From: Adineta vaga
Lineage: Eukaryota > Animalia > Rotifera
Direction of reading: 5' to 3'
DNA length: 64,000 bases
NCBI GenBank assembly: GCA_021613535.1
Contig: CP075497.1
Span: 2,356,001 to 2,420,000, forward strand
In this document: piece by piece, positions 1 to 13,058 of the stretch
Layout of the letters: each line of letters opens with the position of its first letter
Numbering within the stretch: position 1 is the stretch's first letter
Made by a program: the position numbers and the translations under genes
The notes under the pieces: model-generated
Told to the model about the DNA's origin: nothing
The model's input: only the letters and a program-made list of their open reading frames with translations
The model's database searches: none

Positions 1-1391
1 CTTGAATTTGTTATTGTTCTATCCAACTAGCTATCCTATTTTCATTTCTTTAGTTGTTCATGTAGCATAAAAGATGTAACAGTCAATAAAACATCTTTAA
101 TTATTGAATATACTTTATCAATAACTGGAATATCAACAAAAACAGTTATATGACGTGTGAAATAGACTTTTGTTCTAGTGAATAGCATATATGTTAAACA
201 TATTAAAGGAAAATAAATAACGCAAAGAAGGTGTTCGACTACTTGATTCACATCGGGAGAAGCAGAGAGAGTCTATATGTCTTTACACAAAAAAAAGCGT
301 TGCATTATTTACGAACACTATGAGCTTATATAGCTTTACGAAAAGATCAGAAGACTAGAGAACACACATGACACATAGACAAGACATGACGTAAGGGTGA
401 GATGAATAGTAATGTCAAACTCAAAAGTTGAATTCAACTTTCGCGTATTACATACATGGTTCTTTGTATAATATTTATCATCCTACGTCTCAGACGAAAA
501 GGATCTATAGTTAATAAATAAACACAAAAATAAAAATGAAGACTATACCTAATCGAAAATTCGTTATAATCTTTTTACCTTTGTTTCAGTTATGCAAAGT
601 AAAAAATGTCTGTGTCATTAAATTAACTTTTCTTTTTTGTGTTTATTCAGGAAAGATTCATCAACTCTCGTTCCAGCAGATTCTTAGGAATAAAAGTGTT
701 GCCTATTTTTCTTGATGAATCCATCGTGAAAAAAAGGAAAATGTTTTTGATAAAGTAGATAAAAGATTGTCAGACATTTATTAAAGAGAACATTTCCATA
801 TACACTGATTTCAAACATTCCTTTTTCTTTATTTCTCCATTTCCTCTTCAAAAATGAATCAAATTGAACTTACATAATCATAATTCTTTCTTAAAAATAT
901 TTCTTTATCCTGGTATAATCATTTACGAATAAGTTGACGATCAAATTTGTCAATTACCTGTTGCACTTTCTTGGTTTACAGTACATGGACTCATTGTTGG
1001 CTTTTCAATTCCAGTTTTATTAATTATGTATTTGTAGGTTTATAGGTGCTTTCAATAGAGCACCGAAATATGTTCATTGAATTGTTTATGTATTTTTCGA
1101 TAGTGCAGTTTTATCAGTTATGATTGCGTCATTTTATGTTACTAATCCACTTAAAGAATCTATAATGAAAAGAATAAATATGGTAGGGCCAAGTATGACT
1201 TAAACAGTAGGTTGTATTCGTTTGTAAAATGGAATCAAAAATAAACAAGTAACGTTCGTTGTTTCGACTGACTCAATTCCCAGGTCCATATCTCATCGTT
1301 CATTAATGTTTTTTACCTTTGACCCTGACACAAACAGACAAGCTATTTTTCCATATGATCCTCGCTACAGTCGGGGGATGATTTATTTTGG

Positions 1392-2091
1392 ATGGATTTA
1401 CTTAATAATTCATCAACGAAATGGAACTTAATTCTATATGAACAAGATTGGATGAATCATGAAACAATAGATTTTATTTCTTTACGTGAAAATTTCAATC
1501 TCGGTCGACAATACTTAATCGAAATGGGCCATGCAGCGAATATATTTGATGTAAATATTCAATATTGTATGAGTTTACCACCCTTTAAAGGTATTTTTTG
1601 GTCAACTGAAATTCAAAATGATGCTCCGTATAAATCGAAAGTCATAGAACCTTTGCCTGATAGAGAAATTCTAATAGCAACACTTTCAAAGGGTCCAATA
1701 GCAGCAACAGGTGATGGAATAAATTATATTAATCGAGAACGTATTATGAGATGTTGTCGTGAAGATGGTCTTATTTTGAAACCTTCACGTCCTTTAACAA
1801 TGATTGATTTATTAATTTCTGACTGGGCTAAAAACAAAGGAATTAATCAATCTTCTCTTCTTGATTTATCTCATGAAATTTACTATCTCGTCTTTTAGAA
1901 ATGATCAAATTTTTTCGATAATATGTGCATCATCAATGCGAGGTAGTTATTCCATAATTTCTTCAATAATTGCATCATCAAATGGTATCATCTGGTTATT
2001 TTCAAATCCTTATGAATTATTTACATTTGATCAAAATCATTCATTTGATATATCTTACGAAATATGTAATGAAACAACACTTTGTCTTTAG
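1392..2091 (+). pseudogene. Truncated, internally deleted glycoside-hydrolase-like gene fragment (YEQDW-motif family)
   Basis: ORF 1392-1898 has LYEQDWM...IQYCMSLP directly fused to PFKGIFWST...ATLSKGPIAATGD...CCREDGLILKPSRP. It lacks an N-terminus and continues out of frame in ORF 1861-2091. Family assignment is from recalled motifs. Confidence 0.55.
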
Positions 2092-2625
2092 TATAGTTCA
2101 CTTTCATGGCAATATTCTCGCTTCATTGTTAAGAATCATATATTAGAACTTTTTTCCATCTCGATTCAAAAAACGAACATATAGTAGCAGACTACGGGCG
2201 ACATCTATGTCGAGCAGAAGAGATAGTTGATTTTCAAAATAAATAAAGTAAAATAGGAAATTTTTTTCAGAATAAATTTTTAGTTAGCTAAATTAATTTA
2301 TTTGATGGAGTTTCATTTTTAAGGTTATTTGAGTAGAAAACTGATTGGTTCGATGTAATACTATTCCAAAGATTCATAGTTTATTATTTGTTTTTAGAAA
2401 GAGGTTCTTATATTATTCAATCGAAGTTTCATTCGAACATCTTTATTTGAGTTTTGTGAACAGTAGTATACTTCACATGATTGTCTATCGAATATAAAAG
2501 ATGATTTGAAAATAAAAAAAAACTTAAGAAATAAATCTTATCTAATTATTCGAATTTATTTCAGATCTTGTTTCATTTCGAACATCTCAGGTATGGATTT
2601 TTCCTTATTTAGTTTTCGAAAAAGA

Positions 2626-2705
2626 TCAATGCTCGAGGATGATAATTTTTATTCACAGATATATATACTGTTGACTAATCACCAAGTTTTCCCTGAGAGC
2701 ATTGA
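2626..2705 (+). ncRNA. Probable box C/D snoRNA in the RPL39 5'UTR intron
   Basis: Perfect 9-bp terminal stem TCAATGCTC (2626-2634)/GAGCATTGA (2697-2705) encloses C-like box AGGATGA (2636-2642) and D box CTGA (2693-2696). It lies in a 171-nt intron (donor cag|gtatgg at 2591, acceptor tttag at 2761). Confidence 0.65.
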
Positions 2706-2761
2706 AATTTGTTTTTTTTTCTTCTTCAAATATCTATTTCATATACCATTCCATTATTTAG

Positions 2762-2976
2762 ATGGCCTCGCATAAAACCCTCAAAATAAAAAAAGTACTT
2801 GCCAAAAAACAAAAACAAAATCGACCTGTTCCACAATGGGTAATTATAGATTTGAATGTCTGAAATCGAATGAAAAGATTTGTTTTGTTCCGATTTAGAT
2901 TCGTATGCGTACAGGTAATACAATTCGATACAACTCAAAACGTCGTCATTTCCGTCGTACTAAACTCAAATTATAA
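2762..2976 (+). CDS. RPL39: 60S ribosomal protein L39 (eL39), 2 coding exons (2762-2839, 2899-2976)
   Basis: Spliced translation [51 protein letters not shown], 51 aa; GT-AG intron 2840-2898. Confidence 0.97.
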
Positions 2977-3734
2977 GCAGTTATCAATCATGACGACAAT
3001 GACAATTTTTCGCTTTTATCGTCTATATTGTTATTGTTGTATTGTTTTTGTGAAAAGACAAGAAGATGAAAATAACACCTATTCATTCGAATAAATAAAA
3101 AATAATAACCATCGAACGAACGAACGGACGAATGAATAAAATCAAAGATCTTCATTAATTATCTCTAGGATTCAATTTTCATGCTCAAAATATTCATTGT
3201 TCACATAAAATGAATTGAAGCATGGTAACGAGATCAGTACACTTCAATTTCCAAGAAATAATTCTTTTCACTATTGATACAAAATATAAATCATAGTCTA
3301 ATATTGTGTATTTGAAACATAATCTTGAATCTAAAGAAAGCATTACTATGGAGATACGATCCTCTCATTTTCTCTGTTTATGTACTGATAAAACTCTATG
3401 AAAAGTTTCATATGCACTATTAGAACGAATAGAATACTGCGAAGTATTTTTTGATGATGCATTTTCGTTCTATAACAGAAATGAAAATGAACTTTGATAA
3501 AATTTCTGTTGTATCTCTCAACGTGCTGCTGTTACCATTTTTCTTCTATTTTTTTATTTAACAAACAACGACATTGACATGATAGAATCTGGTATGATAA
3601 GATACAACGAAATTAATTCTTATCTTCATCCGAAATTTTGTGTCTTCTCGAACAGTCCATTAACGTCGCATACATAAATAACAAGTGTTTTTGGTGTTTT
3701 TCTTTTTAGTGATATTATTCGAATATCAACAAAA

Positions 3735-5566
3735 ATGCAAGACCTTACTCGTCTTGCAGTTTTTCTCTGCTCACTATTGATTATTTCGACAATAGATGCT
3801 CGTCTTCACCGGTTAGGCAATGAAATCATTGATTTCTCCTCATGATCTTTATATTTTTATAATTTAGAGTAAAACTGCAACATATTGAATCGGCTCATGA
3901 TCAACTTTTTAAAGTAGGATCACATGAAGCCATCGCATTTGCACGTAAATACCCAGTTAATGGACCCATTCCAGAATCATTAACAAACTATTTGGATGTA
4001 GGAAGCATAGAAGAGATTTAGATTGTTTAGAAATAATTACACTATTTTTTTCAGGCTCAATACTATGGTGATATTGGTATTGGCTCACCAGCTCAACCTT
4101 TCCGTGTTGTATTCGAGTATGTCTATCTATGCTAATTACACTGAAACGAAAAGTATATTTATTCCATTTTATAGTACTGGTTCATCCAATCTTTGGGTTC
4201 CAAGGTAAATATTGAAATGTTCTATTCAATAAATATCATGACGAGATCTATTTAGTGTTCATTGTTCACTTCTTGACATTGCTTGTCGTAAGTTAATTGA
4301 TTGTTCGAATACATGATGAACATCGAAAATTTTCATTATTTAGAATTACATAAAAAATATGATAATTCAAAATCACATACCTATGTTGCTAATGGCACTG
4401 ATTTCAAAGTAGCATTATGTTAATGAAAAGTAACATTCTTATAAATTCTTTCTTTTCAGATTCAATACGGCACTGGCTCACTTCAAGGATATATCAGTAT
4501 TGATACTGTTACAGTAAGATATAGATAATATTGTTTTTTCTTGGATTGAAATTCTTGATTTCATCAGATTGGTGGTGCTCAAATTCAAAATCAAGGTTTT
4601 GCTGAAGCTATTAAACAACCTGGCATTGTTTTTATAACAGCCAAATTCGACGGTACGATTGAGTAAATTATTCAAATAAAAACATAGATCAATGTATCTT
4701 TGAAGGTATTCTTGGTCTTGCATATCCATCCATATCTGTTGATGGTGTTTATCCAGTTTTCAACAATATGATTGATCAAAAATTAGTTCCAGAAAGTGTT
4801 TTCAGCTTCTGGCTTGATCGGTAAGATTGTCTTTGATTGATTACATTTCTTAATAGACAGTTAATTTTTTAGTGATCCAGATAATCCACGTGGTGGTGAA
4901 ATTATCTTTGGTGGTTCAGATCCTTCTCTCTACGAAGGTAATTTTACTTATGTGGATGTTACTCGCAAAGATTATTGGCAATTTAAACTCGATGGAATTT
5001 CATTCAACTCCAATCAATATTGTCAAGGTGGCTGTCAAGCGTAAGACACATTTTGTTACAAAAATTCCATAGAAATTTCGTTTTCTTTGATAGTATTGCT
5101 GATACTGGTACAAGTCTTTTAGTTGGTCCTCCCAGCGAAATTGCAAATCTTAATGCAAAATTAGGTGCTACACCAATTCCTGGTGGTGAAGTAAGCATGT
5201 GATAGCATCAGAAACTATCCTTATCTTTAATTCCTCATTTAGTATCTCATTGATTGTAATTCGATTCCAAACTTACCACGTATTCATTTTACTCTCAATG
5301 GAAAGGATTTATATTTGGATGGTCATCAATATGTTTTATCTGTATCACAAATGAATAAAACTATCTGTATATCTGGCTTCGCTGGTATCGATATTCCCCC
5401 ACCAGCTGGCCCACTTTGGATTCTTGGTGATGTTTTCATTGGACCATGGTACACAGAATTTGATGTTGCTAATAATCGTGTTGGTTTTGCTAAATCTGTT
5501 ACACCAAAGAATGCAACAATAAAACATCCAAGAAAAATCGCATCACTTCGTGAATTATTATCATAA
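3735..5566 (+). CDS. CTSD: Lysosomal aspartic protease, cathepsin D-like (about 12 exons)
   Basis: Signal peptide [22 protein letters not shown]; LTNYLDAQYYG; catalytic motifs VFDTGSSNLW (split by an intron) and IADTGTSLL; polyproline loop [18 protein letters not shown]. Confidence 0.93.
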
Positions 5567-5701
5567 ATAAGTTTTTTTTAATGAAATTCTTCCGTTTTTT
5601 CAATTAAAATACTAATAAAATCTTACTACTCTTGATATACAATCTTTTTCTTCGATTACAACATATTACTTTCCACAGTAAAATAAAGATGATAAAAACA
5701 A

Positions 5702-5765
5702 AATCAGAACATAGTGACGTATCGAGATAGATAGTAGACGAATATAAGGTTTACTTACATATGCA
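5702..5765 (+). repeat. Short dispersed repeat, copy 1 (second copy at about 12995-13058)
   Basis: aatcagaacatagtgacgtatcgagatagatagtagacgaatataaggtttactt aligns without gaps to aatcagagcacagtgacgtattgagataaataataggtgaatatgacgtttactt. Confidence 0.75.
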
Positions 5766-8078
5766 AGTTATAGGTTAGCATTTATGCATTTGGGTCAATT
5801 TAAGATCATTGTTTACCATCATTGATAACAGAATTCGAGATAATATGTTATTTGAATAGAAAAGCTAGTCGCCCTCTCATCAAGCTAATCATTTATCAAT
5901 AAAACATCATACTGAGCTTGTTTTTGATTTATCACATTCTTAAACTTTCTACTGATTGAATCTCTAGTTAATCATTAAGTAAAATAATATACTTGAATGA
6001 ACTGTTCAGACAAGTGAGAGTTTCTACAAATAATCTGAAGTTTATGTAAATCCTAAAATTACGAAGTTTACATCTTTATGAAATTGAAAAGCTTCGTTGA
6101 CTTAACTATTCGGTAATATTCCATTGATTTTACTAGAGATGTTTTCGAAGTGATATGATCAAAGGAGAAAAAGAACATTTCAATTCTATTGTCGCAAATA
6201 TTGTTCAAAACAAAAGATAAATCGGATAAATAAAACTGACTTCTTTTGTATTAACTTTAGTTCTTGAGTTTTCCAAATACTCACTTCTCACACATATCAC
6301 AATCGAAAATGAAGTATCAAGTATTTGATCAATATTTCGTTTCCAAAGCAAATGGAAGGAAAAGTTTTTACTCGTTTTGTACTAATCTAAATAATGAACT
6401 TAACAAAATAATTATCTGTATTTTATTCAATACCACCTTCGATTGATTCATACGCATGGCTTATTGGAGAAGAATTAATCATATGATATATAGATATTGA
6501 GTTGCTTATTCTTTGATAGAAAAAAATCAATTGTTCCATTAAATATTATAAATCTTCAATTCTTTTCTGTACTAGACGTCATTTAGAAATTTTTTCGTTG
6601 TTAGTTGATACTCTTCATCTTGAGAAGAGTAGAATGATGATAAAAGTGATTTCCTCTAGTGTATTTTTTTCGTGTTTTATGAATGATATCTGTATTCGAT
6701 AGAAATACAGAAATCATAGATATAAAATCAAAATTCGAACGAGATGAGTTACTTGTAATCATTTGATGTCGTTATTTTTATCAAATATGTCAGTGCCAAA
6801 ATGCCATTCACTACCAAAGCAAGAGCAAAAGTAGATGTGCATGGCAGATAAATTCAATTTAACAACACACTTCAAACTGTTGAGATCATTTGTGTTACTA
6901 AAACACTAAATTCTACTTCACAATCCATTGCGGTTGATATCAAAACGTATTGATTGATGTTCTTTTTATTAACTGTTGCATTTCATCTGTAACAAATTTG
7001 TTGTTCATGATAAATAATCATTCTGTCTGTATAGATGAATCAAAGAACACTGACGAAAAAACAGAAATAAAAATATTAAAAAATCATGCTTTTCTTTCGA
7101 CATGTTTTCTTAGATAATCGATGGAGATCTCCAGTCGTGATATACTATTCTGTACCATTTTTAATAGGATAAATCATTTTGTAATCAGTTGAACGACGTA
7201 CATTACATACATATATATTATTTCATAATTATAGTCAATTAAAATGTCACTAGCGAACTTTAATTGAAATCATTAACTCAAGTACATGACGAATATCATC
7301 AGTTACTCGATCATAGATATATTATATTGGAACATCAGAAATCTAGCAAACACATTTTAGCAGATATTTCGTTTATCAACAATTGAAAGCCAATTCTATA
7401 AGAGAATATACACACAACGGACAAAATGTAAGTTCATCGGTAAAAATAAGACTTTGCATCAATCTCCTCTAAAATACTGTTTTTGACTCATTTCATCAGA
7501 TACGAATGCATTTTGTATGTCATATAGATTATTTGATAGGGTTTACACCACATATCGTATCTATCAACACATACATCGAACTATCAGTGAAACACCAGCG
7601 AGCTTTCCGGAACAAAACACATCAGATGACACTTGTTCTGTCGTTAATTTGAATCCGATCACTTTTATTCTTTGCACCGAAACTCAGACGACATTATTTG
7701 TCTGCTAAGAAGTCATTGTTAAAAGTGGATCTCATTAATAATCATTCAACCATTTCTAATTCTACTATACGCAATCTACTCTATTCTGCCATGTTAACTA
7801 AGCTTCAAAAATAGAACTTTCTACCACTATGATATCTGATGAATGAAACTAGAAGAACTCAAACACATATCAGATATCGCACAACTGATTAAAACATGAA
7901 ATATGCAATTTTCTTTTATTAAAATTTCATAAGAGTTCAGATAAAAACATGATTCTAAATGCTTCTCTTCATCATGACTACATTAAATAGAGCAGCGTTC
8001 AATATCGAATACAACAATTCTGAATGCAAATAAAAGCAAAATGACCGTTTCATACACATCAAAGAATAAAAAAATTAC

Positions 8079-8162
8079 CATTTTGCCTCGTAATACATCA
8101 GCCAAGTGCTGTTCTCCTTGATCTCCAATTCTATTCGACCCGAGATCCAGCCTGGTGAGTGT
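8079..8162 (-). pseudogene. Isolated 84-nt ribonuclease-inhibitor/NLRC3-type LRR exon within a decayed gene
   Basis: ttcttcag|TLTRLDLGSNRIGDQGEQHLADVLRGKM|gtaatt: exactly 28 codons, phase 0. Adjacent upstream sequence (to about 8750) has in-frame stops. Confidence 0.7.
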
Positions 8163-10094
8163 CTGAAGAATAGATTGTTTTGAAAGAAGATGATCGAAAA
8201 GTGGAATAAGAACACTGTTTACTCGTGTTGTATTTGCTAAGAATGGAACTACCTTAGAAAAGAAAAAGCGTCGAGATTGTAGGTAGTACTGTATCATAAA
8301 CCTTAGTTAGTAGGCCAATACCGTAACGTGATAGATGCTCTTTTTGGAATCGAAAGTGGGCGTGAATATTTTTCGGTTTGGTTAGTATGCTATTTTTTCT
8401 GAGTGGGTATTAAATGTTTCGTTGAAGGTACAACTGATTGAAGTATGACGGTAGCCTTCTGATGGAAATGGATGTGAATAAGAGTAAGAAAGTATTTTTA
8501 AGAAGAGTTGTCGTTCGGTGATACTTGTTGATTGCCATACTATTTGATGAAGAAGTGAGGAGAAGAGAGTGTTAGTGTGGGTGTGTCTGAGAGAGAATGA
8601 GCATATCTGTATTGTCGTACATTTCTGAGACACTTTTTCTCATTCCTTCATTCTTCAGGGATAGCTGGGAGCAATTGGTACCATATTGGTGCGGTATATG
8701 TCGAAAGTGATTCTTAACACTCTTCCATAAATGCTTTCCGTAGTACGTCTTTGTGAATTATTGTATTCTAGAGTTTAAGTGTGGGTTCCGATCGAAGAAA
8801 AAGTGAATTCTAGGAAAATTCATGATTTTGTATCTTTTTCTTGGAATTCTCAAAAAAATCAGCAGGAATTGCGTGACAACCAATGAACACAGAGACAGCA
8901 ATCGATAAATTCAGCGCAGTTTCATATTCGTGAATTTAAAAACCATTAGGCAAGAGTGAGTCTGGTATTCTCAATACATGATGGACTTCTTGTCCAGAAA
9001 CGGTTGTCGATTAGTTAACAAATCGATGAGTACTGAGAGACTTTCGTGTTGATATGGATATTTCCTTTTCTCTCTCTCTTATGTTTTCTTCTGTTATTTT
9101 TTTCTTAAATAAGGGCGTGTATTATGTTGTAACGTAAACAAATTATTGACATGTGAAGTAGTTCATTAAACACTTATAATGCGATCGACGGTTAGGTATT
9201 CGTCCATTTTGTCATTATAACTTCAGCTATTAATAGCTCCACATGAATGTATTCTCGATACTCGGTTTTATTGAATAACACCTAGAACTTGGTTCCCTTA
9301 AACACATAGTGATAAAAAGAAATCTCCTGCGCCTGATTCGTCTCGTGTCTACGTCACTATGCAACAGGTCAACAGACGTTTTAAAAATAAAGTTTTGCGC
9401 TGACAAAAAGAACAGATGTGTTCATTACTTAAATTAAATCGTCGTTTCAATGAAATATTTAAGACTCGTAGAATAAACAGTGTACTTTGATGAAACCATG
9501 GAATACTCACAACTTCTTCAGAAAGTAAGAAGGAGATGAATCGACTTAAGATATTTTACTGCTAACTAAGTTTTACAAGACAGAACTACTTTGAATCCTA
9601 ATGTTTTTTTCACATCGATAGGTTTTCTTATTAGTGCTGTGCACTTTGCTTTTCGGTTCAATTGCAGTAAGAGTTTAGATCAGCGTGTGCCAGTGTATAT
9701 ATGTATGATGAGAGAAATCTGTGCTAAATTAGCATTACTTATTTACCTTTCTGCTATTCCTATGTTTTCTTATGTATAGAGATGAGTCACGAGTGACAAC
9801 AGTTTGGAATTAATGGTTAGTGTTTGCTAGTATGTAAAATATATCGAAGTGTTTCATAAACGAGAAAAGGTCTCCAACTCCGTCAAATATCCTTAAAAGG
9901 GGTTTATTATACGCTGCAAATTCATGAACTCTTTTTACATCCATTGGGATATCAAAAAATATTTTACCATTGATTATTCTACGCTTTTTCTACAGTGTAC
10001 TTTTACATCATCAGAAAAATATATTTAGCCTCTGTGTAGATTCGAAATGCCTCCAGTATTATTGACAAGTAAACAAAACTTTTGCATTATTGAC

Positions 10095-10899
10095 GGACAT
10101 TTCAAATGACTTATATTTAATTGAGCAATACAAATATTGGAATGAGCAATAATCAAATTTAGTAATAAATATATTGAATGAGCAATATACATAATGGATG
10201 AACAATACATATAATGAATGAACAATATATATACTGAATGCGCGATAATTATACTGAATGAGGGATAAGTAGATGGATTGAGCAATAATTATTTTAAATA
10301 AAACAATATGAATATAAAAAGAGAAATAATAATCCGTTCATTTAATACAAATGGCTCAATCGAAACGTGTAGCAGACTATATTTCTGATTCTGAAAATGA
10401 CATGGAAATGCAACCTTCAAGTAATATTGAGGATGAGGGTGTAGGTGTGGGTGTGAGGGTAAGGGTAGGTCTGAATGTAACAAAGACACCCACACTCTGC
10501 ACCTGTCCATCATTCATGAAAAATTATATTTGAAAGCACACCATTGATATGTCCATTAGATAAAAATATTGCAAACATCCACCTGAGGCAAAAAATGTAG
10601 AAATTGGTACAAAAAGAAAAGGAGGTAGACCATCGAAAGCAAAAAAAGCTTTATTGATTCAATGATCAGTTGTATATATTTCATTTTTCTTTTTGTTTCT
10701 TGCCAATTGTAAAGAAAAAGAATGTAGTTTTTTCTTTTTGTTGCTTAAATATGAAATTAATACTATTATGTACTAAACTATTTATTGCTCATTTAACATT
10801 ATAAAATTGCTCAAACAATGTTTTCTTATTGCTCGAAAGTTACTGCTAAATCATGTTTTAATTATTGCTCAGATAAATACAAGCCATTTCAAATCATCC
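10095..10899 (+). mobile_element. Internally deleted Mutator-like (MULE) DNA transposon
   Basis: Decayed SWIM finger CTCPSFMKNYI*KH and AT-hook-like tail KRKGGRPSKAKKALLIQ* (about 10498-10665). Imperfect ~37-bp TIRs (ggacatttcaaatgacttatatttaattgagcaata vs reverse complement of 10863-10899). Subterminal TGAGCAATA repeats on the left and ATTGCTCA on the right. No TSD found. Confidence 0.8.
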
Positions 10900-11263
10900 T
10901 CTACAATTGCTGAGATAAAAACAAGATTCAGTCTATTGATATGAATACTACGTTATCTGATTCTTCAGTATTCAAATCGTGCTATTCTTCAACTATGCAT
11001 GGCCGACTGAGGTATCACAGAAGGTATCAATAATGTATCAAAACGTTCGGTCGAACATCAAACAACTGTCACGGTGCTAATGATCCAGAACATTGAAATA
11101 CCTCTATCATCCACTTCGTGTCCTTATCAGGGATGGGTGAGAACAGTCAATACTATGATTGATTGATAATCTAACTTGTCTTCTAGTAAATTCACTGAAT
11201 GATACTGTATAACTTTCATAGAAGTTCAAACTCAACAAGTATTATACAAAAACAATGATTTAC

Positions 11264-11401
11264 CTGATATCGATAGTAGGTATTCAGAATTTGATTGAGA
11301 CGATGACAGACGTTTTGTACCGAGCAAAAAAGACTAAAGTCATCCAGATTATCAAGAATTCTGTAAACAAATTCGACCGGTAATGTGACAAAAGTCGACA
11401 T
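11264..11401 (-). pseudogene. F-box first exon of an F-box/LRR gene, probably decayed downstream
   Basis: MSTFVTLPVEFVYRILDNLDDFSLFCSVQNVCHRLNQILNTYYRYQ|gtaaat matches the F-box consensus LPxE...IL...V...VC. No clean next exon was found. Confidence 0.7.
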
Positions 11402-12994
11402 AGTTTTTGTATTGGTATGTTTTCTGTGTGTTTGTTATTGATAGACTGTGTTGATGTCTTCTTCCACTCAATAGTTTCCAACAGTTTTGCAATCTCTTAC
11501 CTTATCTCTGAATTTATAAAGAGAACGTAAAGAAAAAGACACCAATGTACCAAATTCGGACTTCATACAAAAAGATAGCGTTAACATATTTGTCTTCGAT
11601 TCGTAATTTTGAATTCCAAAACACAGTTCTTAATTAAATGTAAAAAGCTTGCTTCAATCATTCTAAAATTCAATTGCTGTCAAATTCCAAAAGATCTTGA
11701 TACAGTACATCTCCAGCATATTTCATATGAGATTCAAAGTGAGTTTAAAACTTGTCTAGAAAATGCAACTATACAATTTAATATTGTGTCATTTCGTGAT
11801 AGTGCTTATACCTAAGAAAAGTTTACATGAAATTCATGAGATAAATAGGAATAAAAATAGCCTGAATAATAGATTTATTTTATGAATCAACATCGATTAT
11901 ATACATTTATATGATATAAATCTGTGCCATGTTAATGTTAAAAGAATTCTTATACATTCGCGTCCAATTTACAAAGTCTTCTGTTTCCCTGCTTGACATA
12001 AATAAACTGAAAAGAAATTGTTTTCTTATCACATCCGAGTAGATCATCGAAAACCTTTGTGCACCGTCAAGCAATGGAACATCTAGTTGATAAACAAGCA
12101 AAGAGTTTGCGACACTAAAATTAAACAAAATGAAGTGTATTTTTTTAGAAGAAACATCAACTATTTGATTTCTTAGAACACATAAAATCTCGTAAATGAG
12201 AGGAATGAAAAGACATCAATAAATATTTGGGCGAGATTTTGTCTTTTGAATCCCAACATTTCATTCAGTTAATGTTTTGCATATAATAAATATAACGAAT
12301 TGAATTAATATCTCAATTTTCATCTATATTGATATTAATAATAACTAGATCAATTTATTTCATATGAAATTTTCAATCATCCTTTTTCCGAAAAAAAGGA
12401 GTACACTCGATAAATTAGTTTGTTCATCCAAGTCAATAAGCGTGCAGGAAACTTCTATCACCAAACTCTTCATACTTTGGGTGAGAAAGAAATGACCCTA
12501 GAGTTATCGAGATCGAGGAACTCGAAACTAATTTTTGTTATCTTACTTCCTTCGTTTTCGCTTTTTCACCTCTGTAGTTACCGTTCTTCTTTCTGCAATA
12601 CTATGAACGCGATCACTGATCGAAATCTATTCGATTATGTTTAATTTGATTCATTATTCTCCTCTCTTGATACAGACAAGTCTATTTCAAGGTGTATTTG
12701 TATGAAACAATTAATAAAACTCTTATTATGCTGATGTTCGTGTTTTCTCTTTGACTAGAAATATGTATAAGAACTTAGGCTGAAAGAAGGTGTTACTTGA
12801 GAAGTGAGAGAGAGGGAGAGAGAGCAGAAATAATAAGAGATTACTTATTCTACGATTTTGAACAACAGAATACATTATAAACAGAAGTGAAGATTATATA
12901 ATGGCTAGATTTTAGTCTTTAATTGAACAATAACACAATCTGAAGTAGCATTGAGAAATAGGTCAGAGAAATACGTAAAAAGAACGAAAAGGAC

Positions 12995-13058
12995 AATCAG
13001 AGCACAGTGACGTATTGAGATAAATAATAGGTGAATATGACGTTTACTTGTATACACA
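12995..13058 (+). repeat. Short dispersed repeat, copy 2
   Basis: Similar to 5702-5765; TGACGTA core. Confidence 0.75.

Noticed and set aside
850-1205. Hydrophobic coding-like fragments
   Set aside because: Multiple stops and no recognisable family.
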